Below, one piece after another: positions 26,553 to 38,223 of a DNA stretch of 64,000 bases; position 1 is the first letter of the stretch; every line of letters starts with the position of its first letter. The position numbers and the translations under genes are program-made. Source of the stretch: Phoronis australis (Eukaryota > Animalia > Phoronida); assembly GCA_002633005.1 (NCBI GenBank), contig NMRA01000146.1, positions 369,981-433,980 on the forward strand, read 5' to 3'. The notes under the pieces are model-generated. The model saw only the letters and a program-made list of their open reading frames with translations. It ran no database searches and had not been told where the DNA came from.

Positions 26553-29083
26553 CAAGGCCTGCGCACGTCTGATACAACGTGTATCAGACCGCCTGCAATT
26601 ATTCTTTTTAAAGTTTCATCTTTTCACCGCAGTTGTAGATTTTTAAAAAAGCATATGAAACTTTCTTATACCTCCCTAAGACAAATTCCAGCTATGATAC
26701 ACTTCGAAGGTTACAATACCTCAACGTTGATTTCTAGAAATGTTTGAAAGTAATACGACCTTTTCATTCGAAGTTACTGTTCGGAGAGTCATTTCCAATT
26801 TATTTTCATTTGAATATACATGTAGTCGTTGTTTTTAGAAACAATTTCAGAATATTGTTAGAAAATCTCATGAGCAAATGAAGAGCCCGTTATCAAGATA
26901 AAGGGACAGCAAACACTAATGTGAATATGCACAGAAACACAGATTTAGCGAACAGATTCACATTTATGCACAGAGAAGTATTTACAACAGCTGCGACAAT
27001 TCCTTAGATCGAAGTATAATCAGCATAATAAACTTAACGGCAGTCAATGTGATGTCTGCCATAACAAAAAAATCTTTGTAGTTGACCAAATATGTGGTAA
27101 ACTAATAATTGCGTGTATGTAAAACATAGAATTATGCATGTAGACATGATGTAAAATAAAATATGGCATTTTGTGCTAGATGAATACGTGTGTTTTTATT
27201 AAAAGGATACAAAACCCTCGTTCTGTCACTGCTAATGTACCGTTGGCATCTCATTTGAATGATGAAAACAGATTGATTTAGATTAAAAAAATGCTCACTG
27301 CGAATAGATGTTATGGTTCTTGGTGAGCGGTCTCCCTTGCACTTGTCGTATAACTCGTCTAAAGTGCGCCAGGGAACAGTTGCCGATATGGCAAACTTTG
27401 TCAGGAGTTTTTAAAATTTGGTCCAAACATTTGAAGTTTGGCAGAGATACAAAGCAGTATTCTGATTTATAAAGCTTGATGGGAACATTGTTTTTAATGT
27501 CTGTGAATGAGACCAAACTTGGCTTATGATCTTTTTAAACGCTCGCAAGAAGATGCATTCGCATCAAATAACGACATCAACAACGTATCGAAATTGATAG
27601 ACTTGTTCAAAATGGACTTCTCCGAGCACTGCTATTGTTTTTGCAATTTTCTTTCATATTCATTTTGAACAACTTTTGCTTTTTAAACTACCCACAGAGT
27701 AATTTTCTGTTGCACCTCGGTACGAACTCAAGATGGGCAAACGTGGTCAAGTTATTAGAGTGTACGCCTCCTTTTCTGAAGGTAGTCGGTTTTAAATCCC
27801 ATTGGACCCCATTTTTAGACCCCTGAATCAGATATCTAACTCCTAAAATCAGTGCTAATTTTTTATGACTTAAGTGGACGGTAAAATGATTTCAATAGCA
27901 TTGTAAGGCTTGCGCACGTCTGATTCAACGTATATGAGACTACCTGAACTATTTTTACTATGTACTCAAGATAGAAGGGTCTGTTTTAGTTTACGCAAGG
28001 ATGTGTCGAGTCCTAGCTGGCACTTAATGACCCTTAGCTGGAGTAAGTTTTTTGTATAAACAACAATATCCAATGCACTTACAGAGAACTAGACACATAT
28101 CTTGAGTTCACATTGTGTATAAGAAGTAGACAACGGGTCCTGGATTTCGTGTCTCTCTTTGAATATTTATTCGCCACCTTACTGTAGGCTTCAGCTATTT
28201 AAAACAAAATTATTTTCTGCATCCCCTCACATCCTGCATAAGTTGGAGTAAACTTTTAATGAAGGCGGGTAGCTACCTTGAAATCCTGCATACATAGTGC
28301 TCAACGTTTGTAATACCGGTAGATACATGTATAATAAGTTAAAATGTCACTAATAAGTGACACAATACCACAACTAAGGCAGGGAGAGGCCGTTTGAATT
28401 TCTCACGACTTATGTGATATATTGTAGCGGAATGGCTGAAACAAAAAGATCTTGACCTGGTCGTCACTTGTCAATACAAACACAATTTAGACAGTGTGAT
28501 TGAGAACCTTCGCAAGGTCGTCAGCAAGAATTTCAAGACTTTTTGACATTAAAAAAGAGAATTGAAATATTCGTTTGTGAAATTGAGGAGTAACGCTTCA
28601 ACTGATTGTGAAAATGAAAATCGATTTATTACTTGTACAGTTGCAGGCGTAGTCATACTTTCAATTTCGATGAATTGAACAGATAATACGATGGTCCAAA
28701 CCGCACGAAGGTCATCAATTTTAAGACATGGTATATTCAAGGGATTGACAGTTGAGATAAAGTGCACAGGCGCGTATGCAAAATACCTTATCATTTGTCA
28801 ACAGGGCATTACTTCGGATTTAGTCGCGTAGGGTTACATGTACGTGTGCGCCTAATCGGTAGGTGTATTCAAATACCACCTTTTGCTGCCTGTGTGCCTG
28901 TCCTGTTGACGGCAAACTCCGCCCCAAACACCATTATTAAGATTCAATATAACTATTTCTCAAGGGCTTAATGGCGTAGTTCTGGCTACCATTGTTAATT
29001 TACTACGTTTACCCTGCAGTCGATCGCAAACTATCTGAGGTGGCGTTTCTGATTGTATCGCTTGACTTGCACTCATTTTTCAG

Positions 29084-29269
29084 TCATGACATGCACAGTT
29101 CCAACACCGGAGTCAAGCACCAGAAACACAGAGAACACCACAGTCAACGTGAACACAACTTTACATTTCACATGTGATACTGGAAGCGAGCTGCCCACTC
29201 ACGACACCACGGTTACAGCTACATGTGTCGAGCAGGAAATATGGTCAAAATCTGTCAGCAACTGCACAG
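29084..29269 (+). CDS. Sushi/CCP domain exon 1 (phase 1-1), gene B
   Basis: Acceptor tttttcAG and donor GTtagt; 186 bp. TCTVP...LHFTCDTG...ATCVEQEIWSKSVSNCT has four Cys plus Trp. Confidence 0.9.
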
Positions 29270-29919
29270 GTTAGTGCTCTTGTGCATTCACGGTCGACTA
29301 GAGCAAAGTCAGTGCTGCTATTTGTCGTAAATGTTTACCAAAATAACGCTGGGATTTAGTGACGACATGATGAAATACTCCTTGTCACAATATGACGATA
29401 GAGCAGTTGATGGATAGCGTTCTGTACTTACATGTGACGGTTTATGTAGTGGGGTTTACTTCTTCGCAAGCTATGTGCCGCTGTATCGCCTCTGCTGAAC
29501 GGAGAGATAATTAACCGAATCATTCGTAAAACCTCCAATGCCTCAAACAGTCATTTGATAGAGAGAATGTGTTTCATCTTTTTAAAACCATATAACGCTA
29601 CCTAGAACTCAAGCGCGAAAAGCAAGATATCTCCAAACTTAAGCCGCTGATTATGGTTGTATTTTGTTCTGATGTGTAGGTAGGACATCTCCAAGCGCAA
29701 TTGGATTTTAGAGTAACCTTAGGCTTATTTTCAAGGTCACAGCCAGAAAATAAAGTTTTTAGCTAAGGTTGCTGCTTGCTCGATACCTCAAAAATGAAGC
29801 TGTAGTTTTTATTTTTATTTGTATTTTGTTCCAACCTGTAGGTGAAACATTTCCAGATACCAGTTGATTTTGGTGACGTTGACATTAGTTTCAATGTCAC
29901 TGTGAAAGAGTCTAGTTGT

Positions 29920-29920
<1 letters not shown>

Positions 29921-29965
<45 letters not shown>
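29921..29965. repeat. (TA)n microsatellite
   Basis: Directly visible. Confidence 0.95.
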
Positions 29966-29969
<4 letters not shown>

Positions 29970-30318
29970 TATAGTATGTTCAGAAAGAAGCAGCAGATTT
30001 TGTTCATATTTTGCTCCAAAATGTAGAAGGAACATATCCAGGTGACCTTGTTATACTTTTTAATGTCACAGCGAGAAAAATCAAAATTTTACTTGGAAAA
30101 TGCTTGGGCGATACTTCAAGAAGGAGGCTTTTCAGTTTTTTTCACATTATCCACCGAGGTGTAAAGAGAATAAGGAAATTTGCATAAATTTAATGGTTTG
30201 GTCATAAAACTTTTCGATTTCATCACCACATCAAGGTACAAGCTAGCGGTGTTCATCGTGCCATGACGGGGGGGGGGCAATTTAGTCACTCTGTGACAAA
30301 TGCTTATTCTCCTTTCAG

Positions 30319-30504
30319 TCACCAAGTGCACCGTCCCTACAGTTCACAATGCTGCTGTTAATGTATCATCGCTTACGGTACCTTACGGGACTTCAGTAAC
30401 TTTCACGTGTCAACGGAAATTCCAGTTTTCAGACAAATCTAGGGAACGAACGATATCTTGCGACGGCCACGAAAAGTGGAGTGAGCAACTACCTGCTTGT
30501 GAAG
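30319..30504 (+). CDS. Sushi/CCP domain exon 2 (phase 1-1), gene B
   Basis: Acceptor ctttcAG and donor GTcagt; 186 bp. KCTVP...YGTSVTFTCQRKFQF...ISCDGHEKWSEQLPACE. Confidence 0.92.
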
Positions 30505-30933
30505 GTCAGTTGCTGATTAGAAGTTCATATGAAAATTCCAGATCCTCTGTTTTATGTACTGTTCTCCAATTCGTTGTTAGAAATTGTTTTCAAAATGTTT
30601 TTGCACGAGAGGTTTTCAAAGATAAGACTTTTAATATTTTCGTGAAAAAATCAAGAGTTTCATAAACGAAAGCTAGGCTACATGTAAATGATTATTTTGA
30701 GATCTGTATCAGATTCTTTGAGATTTTTTTAGCGTTAATATCTAATGAAATTTGGTCGGGATATTGATACCTTTGCTATCGATGCGTCTTACCCTTTAGC
30801 TGAATTTTATCAAAAATACCTGGTTACGCCACTCAAGTAACGACAGGTTGGTGAAAAGAGAAAATCAATATTTAGCAAGATGTCGGTGTTCTAAAACGTA
30901 CATGTATGTATACTTTCACTCATTTATCTGTAG

Positions 30934-30978
30934 ATGTCGAGCAGGAAATGTGGTCGAAGGGTGTCAACGACTGTACAG
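30934..30978 (+). CDS. 45-bp mini-exon, truncated copy of the CCP exon 1 3' end
   Basis: Acceptor ttatctgtAG and donor GTtagt; VEQEMWSKGVNDCT versus VEQEIWSKSVSNCT; frame-preserving. Confidence 0.55.
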
Positions 30979-31418
30979 GTTAGTTAGTTTGCGCAGTCCC
31001 TGAAAATATCAAACGACAGCATCATCCGACATCATTACTTATCACAGTTTCACAGTCTTCCACATTCTTGTGAAAGCCGATGTCTGACAAAGCTGTATGT
31101 GTCATATATTTCATCAATGAATAGATGGCGATAAAGTATTTCATGAGATTTAGAAACGTTTTTAAAGTATTTTTCTGCCATTATGACGTCAAATCACAAC
31201 TATTGAAGAAAATGACAGATGTCATAAAATATCAGCAAACAAAGGAATCAGTCACGCTGAAAAAGCACAACTCTTTTTGATAAATTCGGTGATGTATATT
31301 TGTCACCACCCCAGCTTAATAAGCTGTCGTCGTCACTTTTTGTCGCGAACTTTTCAGCACGTTCTCCTTCGACACCCCGTATATATGATGACAAAATCAC
31401 TGTTGCTTTTGTTGTCAG

Positions 31419-31442
31419 TTCCCTACGTCTTGTCTAGAACGA
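31419..31442 (+). CDS. Possible 24-bp micro-exon (phase 1-1), gene B
   Basis: Acceptor ttttgttgtcAG and donor GTaagg; PYVLSRT; would leave a 70-bp intron before the terminal exon. Confidence 0.3.
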
Positions 31443-31512
31443 GTAAGGTAATCCAAAACATTTTGTAGGAAATGGGATCATTAAGTCCGTATCACATTTT
31501 CTTCTTTTTCAG

Positions 31513-31796
31513 AAACCTCTCGGACATTGACCAGCGGAGGACAGGCTCAAAACACTTCATTGGGGATTGCTATAGCATTTTTCTCCACGGCTGTTCTCGT
31601 TTATTGCAAAGGAATCTTAAACAATGACAAACATCTACTTTTAAAAAGATTTCATTTGAAATATGACATGAATTTTTCATTTATGAATATCCGCTTAGAT
31701 CGACTTATATCTTTTGAGTTACTTATAGCACGTCAGGCAAACGTAATTGACCTTTGGCAGCTTCCTTTATCAGTCAAGCAGCTAAAATCAATTTAG
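31513..31796 (+). CDS. Probable terminal exon of gene B with GPI-signal/TM-like segment
   Basis: Strong acceptor ttttcttctttttcAG in phase 1; TSRTLTSGGQAQNTS-LGIAIAFFSTAVLVYC gives small residues, a spacer and a hydrophobic run. Confidence 0.55.
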
Positions 31797-31902
31797 TTTT
31801 GACGTGCTAAAATACAGTTATAGTTCAACAATTTTTTGGCGAACTCGGATTTCGTTTTTGTTTGTTCTATATATTTCCAGAATCATAATTCCTTGAAGAT
31901 CT

Positions 31903-34900
31903 TTAGAATTCCAAACACCAATTTTATATCGTTACAAGCAGTGTTGTTTATTATATGTTATGACCTTGCTCGTAGCACTCAATTAACTGTATTAAAACAA
32001 TTTGATTGATACTCGCTGACTTAAATTTATACTGGTGAGGGTATGTGGATCTCGCTTGTAATGTACATTTTTTGATGTAGAAGTCAATGTACATGTAAAT
32101 GACAAATTTAATTGAAATGGATAGAAACCAGTGGTAAATAGAGAAAGACAAATATTTGTTATTTAACCTTAAAAGCAATATTCTAGGTCTTCTGAAGTAA
32201 TTACTTTTCATTACCTATGACGGTAGTAGATAGTTCCGACAAGCAGGCGATTATGCCACGCCTACCTTAGCTGCCTTGAAGTCCCACTGGCCAATATGGC
32301 GGATATTTTTTTGCAAACACACAACAGCGTCAGACTATCTGCCATGTGTTTTGATCGTTGTTCACTGAAATTGTTGGCAGTCATGTGTAAAACGTAGATT
32401 TCAACAGACACTGTGGCTCCAGCAAAGTTGTTTCACATTATACTCAAAATACTTACATTCGGCGGCAAGATCACGTGCACCGGTAAATTGCTTAGTTGCA
32501 CAAATGATGATGACTGTTAACACCCAATTTCACTGCATTTTGTTTTTTTTGTCCAGTGGTGGTCGTTTCCGTCCGAACGCTGCGATATCTATCCATATTA
32601 CCACTAACATTATGTACTATTGCCAAAAATAATATAAAAAATATTTGGGAAACTTCATCATGAAATTGGATTCTTTCAACTTGAGCATGTTCTCCATCGA
32701 TACTCTAATAATTGTTCTAAACTTGGCGAATTCAAGATTAGTGCCTACATTATGGTTTATCATGCAAATGAGATTATAGTCCAAATTCGTATCAGTTTGA
32801 TGGCACCTTGATTGAAACTAAGAAACTGAGTTAAAAATCACGGTTTTGAATAAAAAACTGAAATTTAGAGTTCAGACTCAGTTTAGCCTTAATGCCGTTT
32901 GGGCAGTTCAGTGCAAACTAGCATCAGGTAGTTATTCACATGAGCCGTTATACATGTATACTGGGGTTTAGAATAATAAGTAGTAAACTTCAGTTCCAAC
33001 CACCCCACCCAGTGGTTACAATAGCATTGGCATAGTCGAATAGTAGCTTGACCGGCGGGCTATTATTACGTATTAGCATCTGTATGTTACGCGGGTTTTG
33101 GTGGCAAGCGTTTGTCGAGTTTAGCGGCATTCGTTGACAAGATCTGTAACGCGAATCATGTTTTCCTCGGATGCTGGAACCTTTATATTAAGCACAGACT
33201 GCTGGCCAAACTGTTGTAAGTACTGAGTATTATGGCATAGCATTTTTATACTCGTATATATCTACTAGCTAAATTTAGAGCGTATATAGTTGTTGTTTGG
33301 CGGTATTGTTTCCTTCAGCTGCTTCTTTGGCGTATATGTTGCGCGGTACCCGGTTCATAGAATAAATAGTTGCGGGTCGCAGTTAGGAAGTTGTTTGTGT
33401 ATGGTAATGGTTCACAGTTGTAGAATGGATAGTACAGGTTCCAGTCAATTGTGTATAGTTAACGAGGTAGTACAATGTATTTGTGGGCCCTGTAATACAG
33501 TCATTGTCGCGAGTCTTTCTAACGTTCTGATGTATAGTGCTTGCTAATTAATTACGCTTGATTGCCGAGTTCTCAGAGTGTGTGTTTTTCTATGTTGCTG
33601 CTAGCCACCTGTTCGGTTTCTCCTTTTCATCGCTAATTCGGTTTCTCCTTTTCATCGCTTGTTCGGTTTCCCCTTTTCATTGCTTGTTTGGTTTTCACCT
33701 CGTCAACGCCTCTTAGTTTTCACTTTTTCAACGCTGCTTTGGTATCTCATTCNTTAGAATTTCAAACACCAGTTTTATATCGTTACAATTAACTCAATTA
33801 ACTGTATTAAAACAATTTGATTGATACTCGCTGACTTAAATTTATACTGGTGAGGGTATGTGGACCTCGCTTGTAATGTACATTTTTTGATGTCGAAGTC
33901 AATGTACATGTAAATGACAAAAAAATTGAAATGGATAGAAACCAGTGGTAAATAGAGAAAGACAAATATTTGTTATTTAACCAAAAAAAGCAATATTCTA
34001 GGTCTTCTGAAATAATTACTTTTCATTACCAATGACGGTAATAGATAGTTCCGACAAGCAGGCGATTATGCCCCGCCTACCTTAGCTGCCTTGAAGTCCC
34101 ACCGGCCAATATGGCGGATATTTTTTTGCAAACACACAACAGCATCAGACTATCTGCCATGTGTTTTGATCGATGTTCACTGAAATTGTTGGCAGTCATG
34201 TGTAAAACGTAGATTTCACCAGACACTGTGGCTCCAGCAAAGTTGTTTCACATTATACTCAAAATACTTACATTCGGCGGCAAGATCACGTGTGCCGGTA
34301 AGTTGCTTAGTTGCACAAATGATGATGACTGTTAACACCCAATTTCACTGCATTTTGTTTTGTCCAGTGGTGGTCGTTTCCGTCCGAACGCTGCGATATC
34401 TATCCATATTACCACGTTTAATTGTTAACTAACATTATGTATTATTACCAAAAATAATATAAAAAATATTTGGGAAACTTTATTATGAAATTGGATTCTT
34501 TCAACTGGAGCATGTTTTCCATCGATACTCTAATAATTGTTCTAAACTTGGCGAATTCAAGATCAGTGCCTACATTATGGTTTATCATGCAAATGAGATT
34601 ATAGTCCAAATTCTTATCAGTTTGATGGCACCTTGATTGAAACTAAGAAACTGAGTTAAAAATCACGGTTTTGAATAAAAAAACGAAAATTAGAGTTCAC
34701 ACTCAGTTTAGCCTTAGTGCCGTTTGGGCAGTTCAGTGCAAACTAGCATCAGGTAGTTATTCACATGAGCCGTTATATACTGGGGTTTAGAATAATAAGT
34801 AGTAAACTTCAGTTCCAACCACCCCACCCAGTGGTTACAATAGCATTGGCATAGTCGAATAGTAGCTTGACCGGCGGGCTATTATTACGTATTAGCATCT

Positions 34901-35571
34901 GTATGTTACGCGGGTTTTGGTGGCAAGCGTTTGTCGAGTTTAGCGGCATTCGTTGACAAGATCTGTAACGCGAATCATGTTTTCCTCGGATGCTGGAACC
35001 TTTATATTAAGCACAGACTGCTGGCCAAACTGTTGTAAGTACTGAGTATTATGGCATAGCATTTTTATACTCGTATATATCTACTAGCTAAATTTAGAGC
35101 GTATATAGTTGTTGTTTGGCGGTATTGTTTCCTTCAGCTGCTTCTTTGGCGTATATGTTGCGCGGTACCCGGTTCATAGAATAAATAGTTGCGGGTCGCA
35201 GTTAGGAAGTTGTTTGTGTATGGTAATGGTTCACAGTTGTAGAATGGATAGTACAGGTTCCAGTCAATTGTGTATAGTTAACGAGGTAGTACAATGTATT
35301 TGTGGGCCCTGTAATACAGTCATTGTCGCGAGTCTTTCTAACGTTCTGATGTATAGTGCTTGCTAATTAATTACGCTTGATTGCCGAGTTCTCAGAGTGT
35401 GTGTTTTTCTATGTTGCTGCTAGCCACCTGTTCGGTTTCTCCTTTTCATCGCTAATTCGGTTTCTCCTTTTCATCGCTTGTTCGGTTTCCCCTTTTCATT
35501 GCTTGTTTGGTTTTCACCTCGTCAACGCCTCTTAGTTTTCACTTTTTCAACGCTCCTTTGGTATCTCATTC
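31903..35571 (+). repeat. Direct duplication 31903-33752 / 33754-35571 separated by an N (probable uncollapsed haplotypes)
   Basis: The copies abut exactly at the N (33753); SNPs and small indels are concentrated in the 5' half. Confidence 0.85.
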
Positions 35572-35683
35572 AACGCTTGTTTGGATACTTTTCATTGCTT
35601 ATAACTCGATCGTTTGGCGAATAAAGTGTGTTATACAAACGGCTTCTTTCAAGTTATCCCTGTAGCCAGACGCGGCTACAACA
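34904..35683 (+). mobile_element. Solo LTR (Gypsy-like); truncated copy at 33085-33752
   Basis: TGTT...AACA ends, flanks TGTA/TGCA (4-bp TSD with one mismatch), AATAAA at ~35620, internal ~26-bp tandem units. Confidence 0.7.
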
Positions 35684-35849
35684 TGCATCACCGTGTTTTC
35701 TGGAAATTGGTAATCCTCGGGTAGGTCGTACTCCACTAGAGCAGAGTGCATCAGGTAATATTAATTTATTAGCTACTCTGGGATGACAAGGTATATTTCA
35801 AAGACACATCAACACACATTTCAAACTTCAAAAGGCTGGGTAAACATTT

Positions 35850-37400
35850 ACTGTTAGTTGTCTTTTGTAGCTGTCAGTAATCGCCGAAATAGCAGTTGTG
35901 GATCCACTTGTATAAAATCACTAATGGCAACATGAACTATTGGACTTGCCATTGCCACAACATTGTCTTTCCTTCCGAATGTGAAGTCTTTCACTATCGA
36001 CCACTCTGTATACTAAAGGATTGCCTTTCCCGCTCGTTCTCTGGCATAGTCGGCAATGGTGCGTGTGCCTGTACTCATGGCAATGTTTTGTAAGGTTTCC
36101 CTTTCAAATGGGTTTCTGCTGTGGTGCAATCAACATGGCTGAGGATGTCTCCGTCATCCCGAGAATGTCTTGCCTGGGCACATTATTTATAATGGTGACT
36201 TGTTTCACAACTCAAGTTTGTCATACCCTGCATGACACCATTTATACTTGAGCATGCCGGCAAGGAGAGCAGCCACCGTGCACGCTGCGCATCTTCCATT
36301 CCGCAACCTCTAGTTGAATCTCCTGGAGATTTATGGTTTTCATGAGCGTTTGATCAAATATTAGGTCAGATGACAAGCCTGCCCAGAATCTGTAACTTCG
36401 TCTTAGTTCGTGATGGTGGTTAATAAAGGTGCTGTAGTTTGGATGGGTGTCTTTGAGATGCTGCATCTGCTGCAAGTATATGTATGCAGATTTGCGTGCG
36501 AGTTGTGACCATCAGCTGCAAAGTAAAGCAGCATTTCAGAAACAGCTTTTATGTGAAGTTCCCAATCTGACATTATTTCTGCTTATAAAAAGTCGAAGGA
36601 TGTCAAGCATCTTTATATGCTGTAGTCAGACGTCATGCCAGCAATAAGATTATCATGCAGCTTCAGACCAGCTTTCAAATCATCTTCGAGTACATGTATA
36701 TCGGTGGCCATTGATTCTTCTGACGAACCATTCTGTCACTGCGAACTCTGAAAGCCTATACTCTGATTTAGTCGTGTTTGAATATATCAGTGGAAGTTTG
36801 TCGGAAACCAGAAATGAACTCCCGTGAGGGTATTCCACTGTAACCCAAGGCTCAGAATCGGAAGACACTGCCAGTGCATTGCCTGTCCCAGTGTGTACAC
36901 ATTTAGTTATGTGATCAGTTGGGATGACTGGAGAATCTGGCTCCATAAACTCTGATGAGCCAACGTTTGTGTAGAAGCATTGAATTATTCCACCTCTTGG
37001 CACTGAATCTATGTGTTTTGTGTAGGTAACAGTTGGAATTTCTGAAGAACCGGAACTTCTTTCTTCAAATCCTGAAGTCATTGGTCCTGGATTGGCGTTA
37101 CTTTATCTGCCAATATTTGGATGTGGTATGTTGGACGCTCTGGCTGTTATGATAGCATTCGGTGCTGAGTCTACCAACATATGCCCACTCATTGTTCTAT
37201 CCAGACTTTTTCCATTTAACATAATGGGTCACACTGTTTGGTACATACACTGTCTCAAGAACTCGAAGCCTGGTGCCTGACGTTACGTACTCGATACATT
37301 CCAGAGAGTGACTGCAGATTACTGTCGTTTGCTTTGCTGCCACTAATTTCCTCTAAAACCAGTTTGTTCATAAGAAACAATTTTGAGTACTAAATGATAC
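35850..37400 (-). mobile_element. Academ-like transposase remnant
   Basis: MLNGKSLDRTMSGHMLVDSA, MLDILRLFI and RRSYRFWAGLSSDLIFDQTLMK match motifs of the large XPG-type transposase family; multiple stops and frameshifts. Confidence 0.7.
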
Positions 37401-37479
37401 GTATACTACAATATCAGCCACGAATGGCTAATACAACAGTGTAAAAACCCATTTAGTTATCTGACGGAGTGAGATAACA

Positions 37480-37560
37480 TTTTGGCGGGAAACCGAGGCC
37501 GGCTTCGAACCCGGTCCGCAAGAGTTTCGAGTCGTCGACTTTACCACTACACCACTTAGC
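37480..37560 (-). mobile_element. tRNA-derived SINE head
   Basis: Minus strand reads agtggtgtagtggtaaag...gggttcgaagcc (A and B boxes), without a proper acceptor stem. Confidence 0.5.
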
Positions 37561-38058
37561 AGCTGACGTCATCGAAAGTCAAAATAGAATACTTAAACGA
37601 GCACGCGAAACAATCGCATGTTCAGCAAAGGGCATTGTACGGACATTTATACGCTATGAAAAATTAAGACGCAAAATTTCCATGAAAACAATATTTTAAT
37701 TCAGTGAAAATTTTCTCTCACTTTCTCTCACTTGTAAATCACCGATCTCCAATTTGAATGCGGGTAGGGTGTCGTCGCGATCCGTTGACTTGAGCATTAT
37801 ACTCAGTTACCAGGGGTAACCTACTTTAGCAGACGATATTTTCCCGGTCGAAGCTAAAATGTATATTAAGCTATAATAGTTGCTAAACCTAAATTTATAG
37901 ATTCACTTTATTTCTATTTTGTTTAAATTTTCAATTGATTTTGAGTAAAAGCATTATTTGACAAAAATAGCTGACACAGGAAGTAGTTACAAAGCCGAGG
38001 CGGGTCGAGAAAGGTAGATCGATTCATTGCAATGTTTCTCGTTCAGTATGTGGTATAA

Positions 38059-38223
38059 ATAGATTATTACATGTTCGCAGTCGTTACCCCCCTTATCTAG
38101 AGCCCTCGTGGATTTTGTAGAATTATCAGCCTCGGGGCTAACGCCCCTCGGGCGATAATTCTCCAAAATCCACTCGGGCTCTAGCCTTACGGGGGAGAAC
38201 GACTTCGCCATGTAATAATCTAT
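38059..38223. mobile_element. Small palindromic MITE
   Basis: atagattattacatg / catgtaataatctat ends; internal symmetry centred on ggggctaacgcccc. Confidence 0.75.

Noticed and set aside
33290-35366. Two identical 85-aa ORFs as duplicated genes
   Set aside because: They lie within a solo LTR in the gap-flanking duplication, use a non-ATG start and show no domain.
37480-37560. Functional tRNA genes here and at ~27735, ~49070 and ~62300
   Set aside because: A/B-box-like motifs are present but the cloverleaf stems do not pair; these are SINE-like relics.
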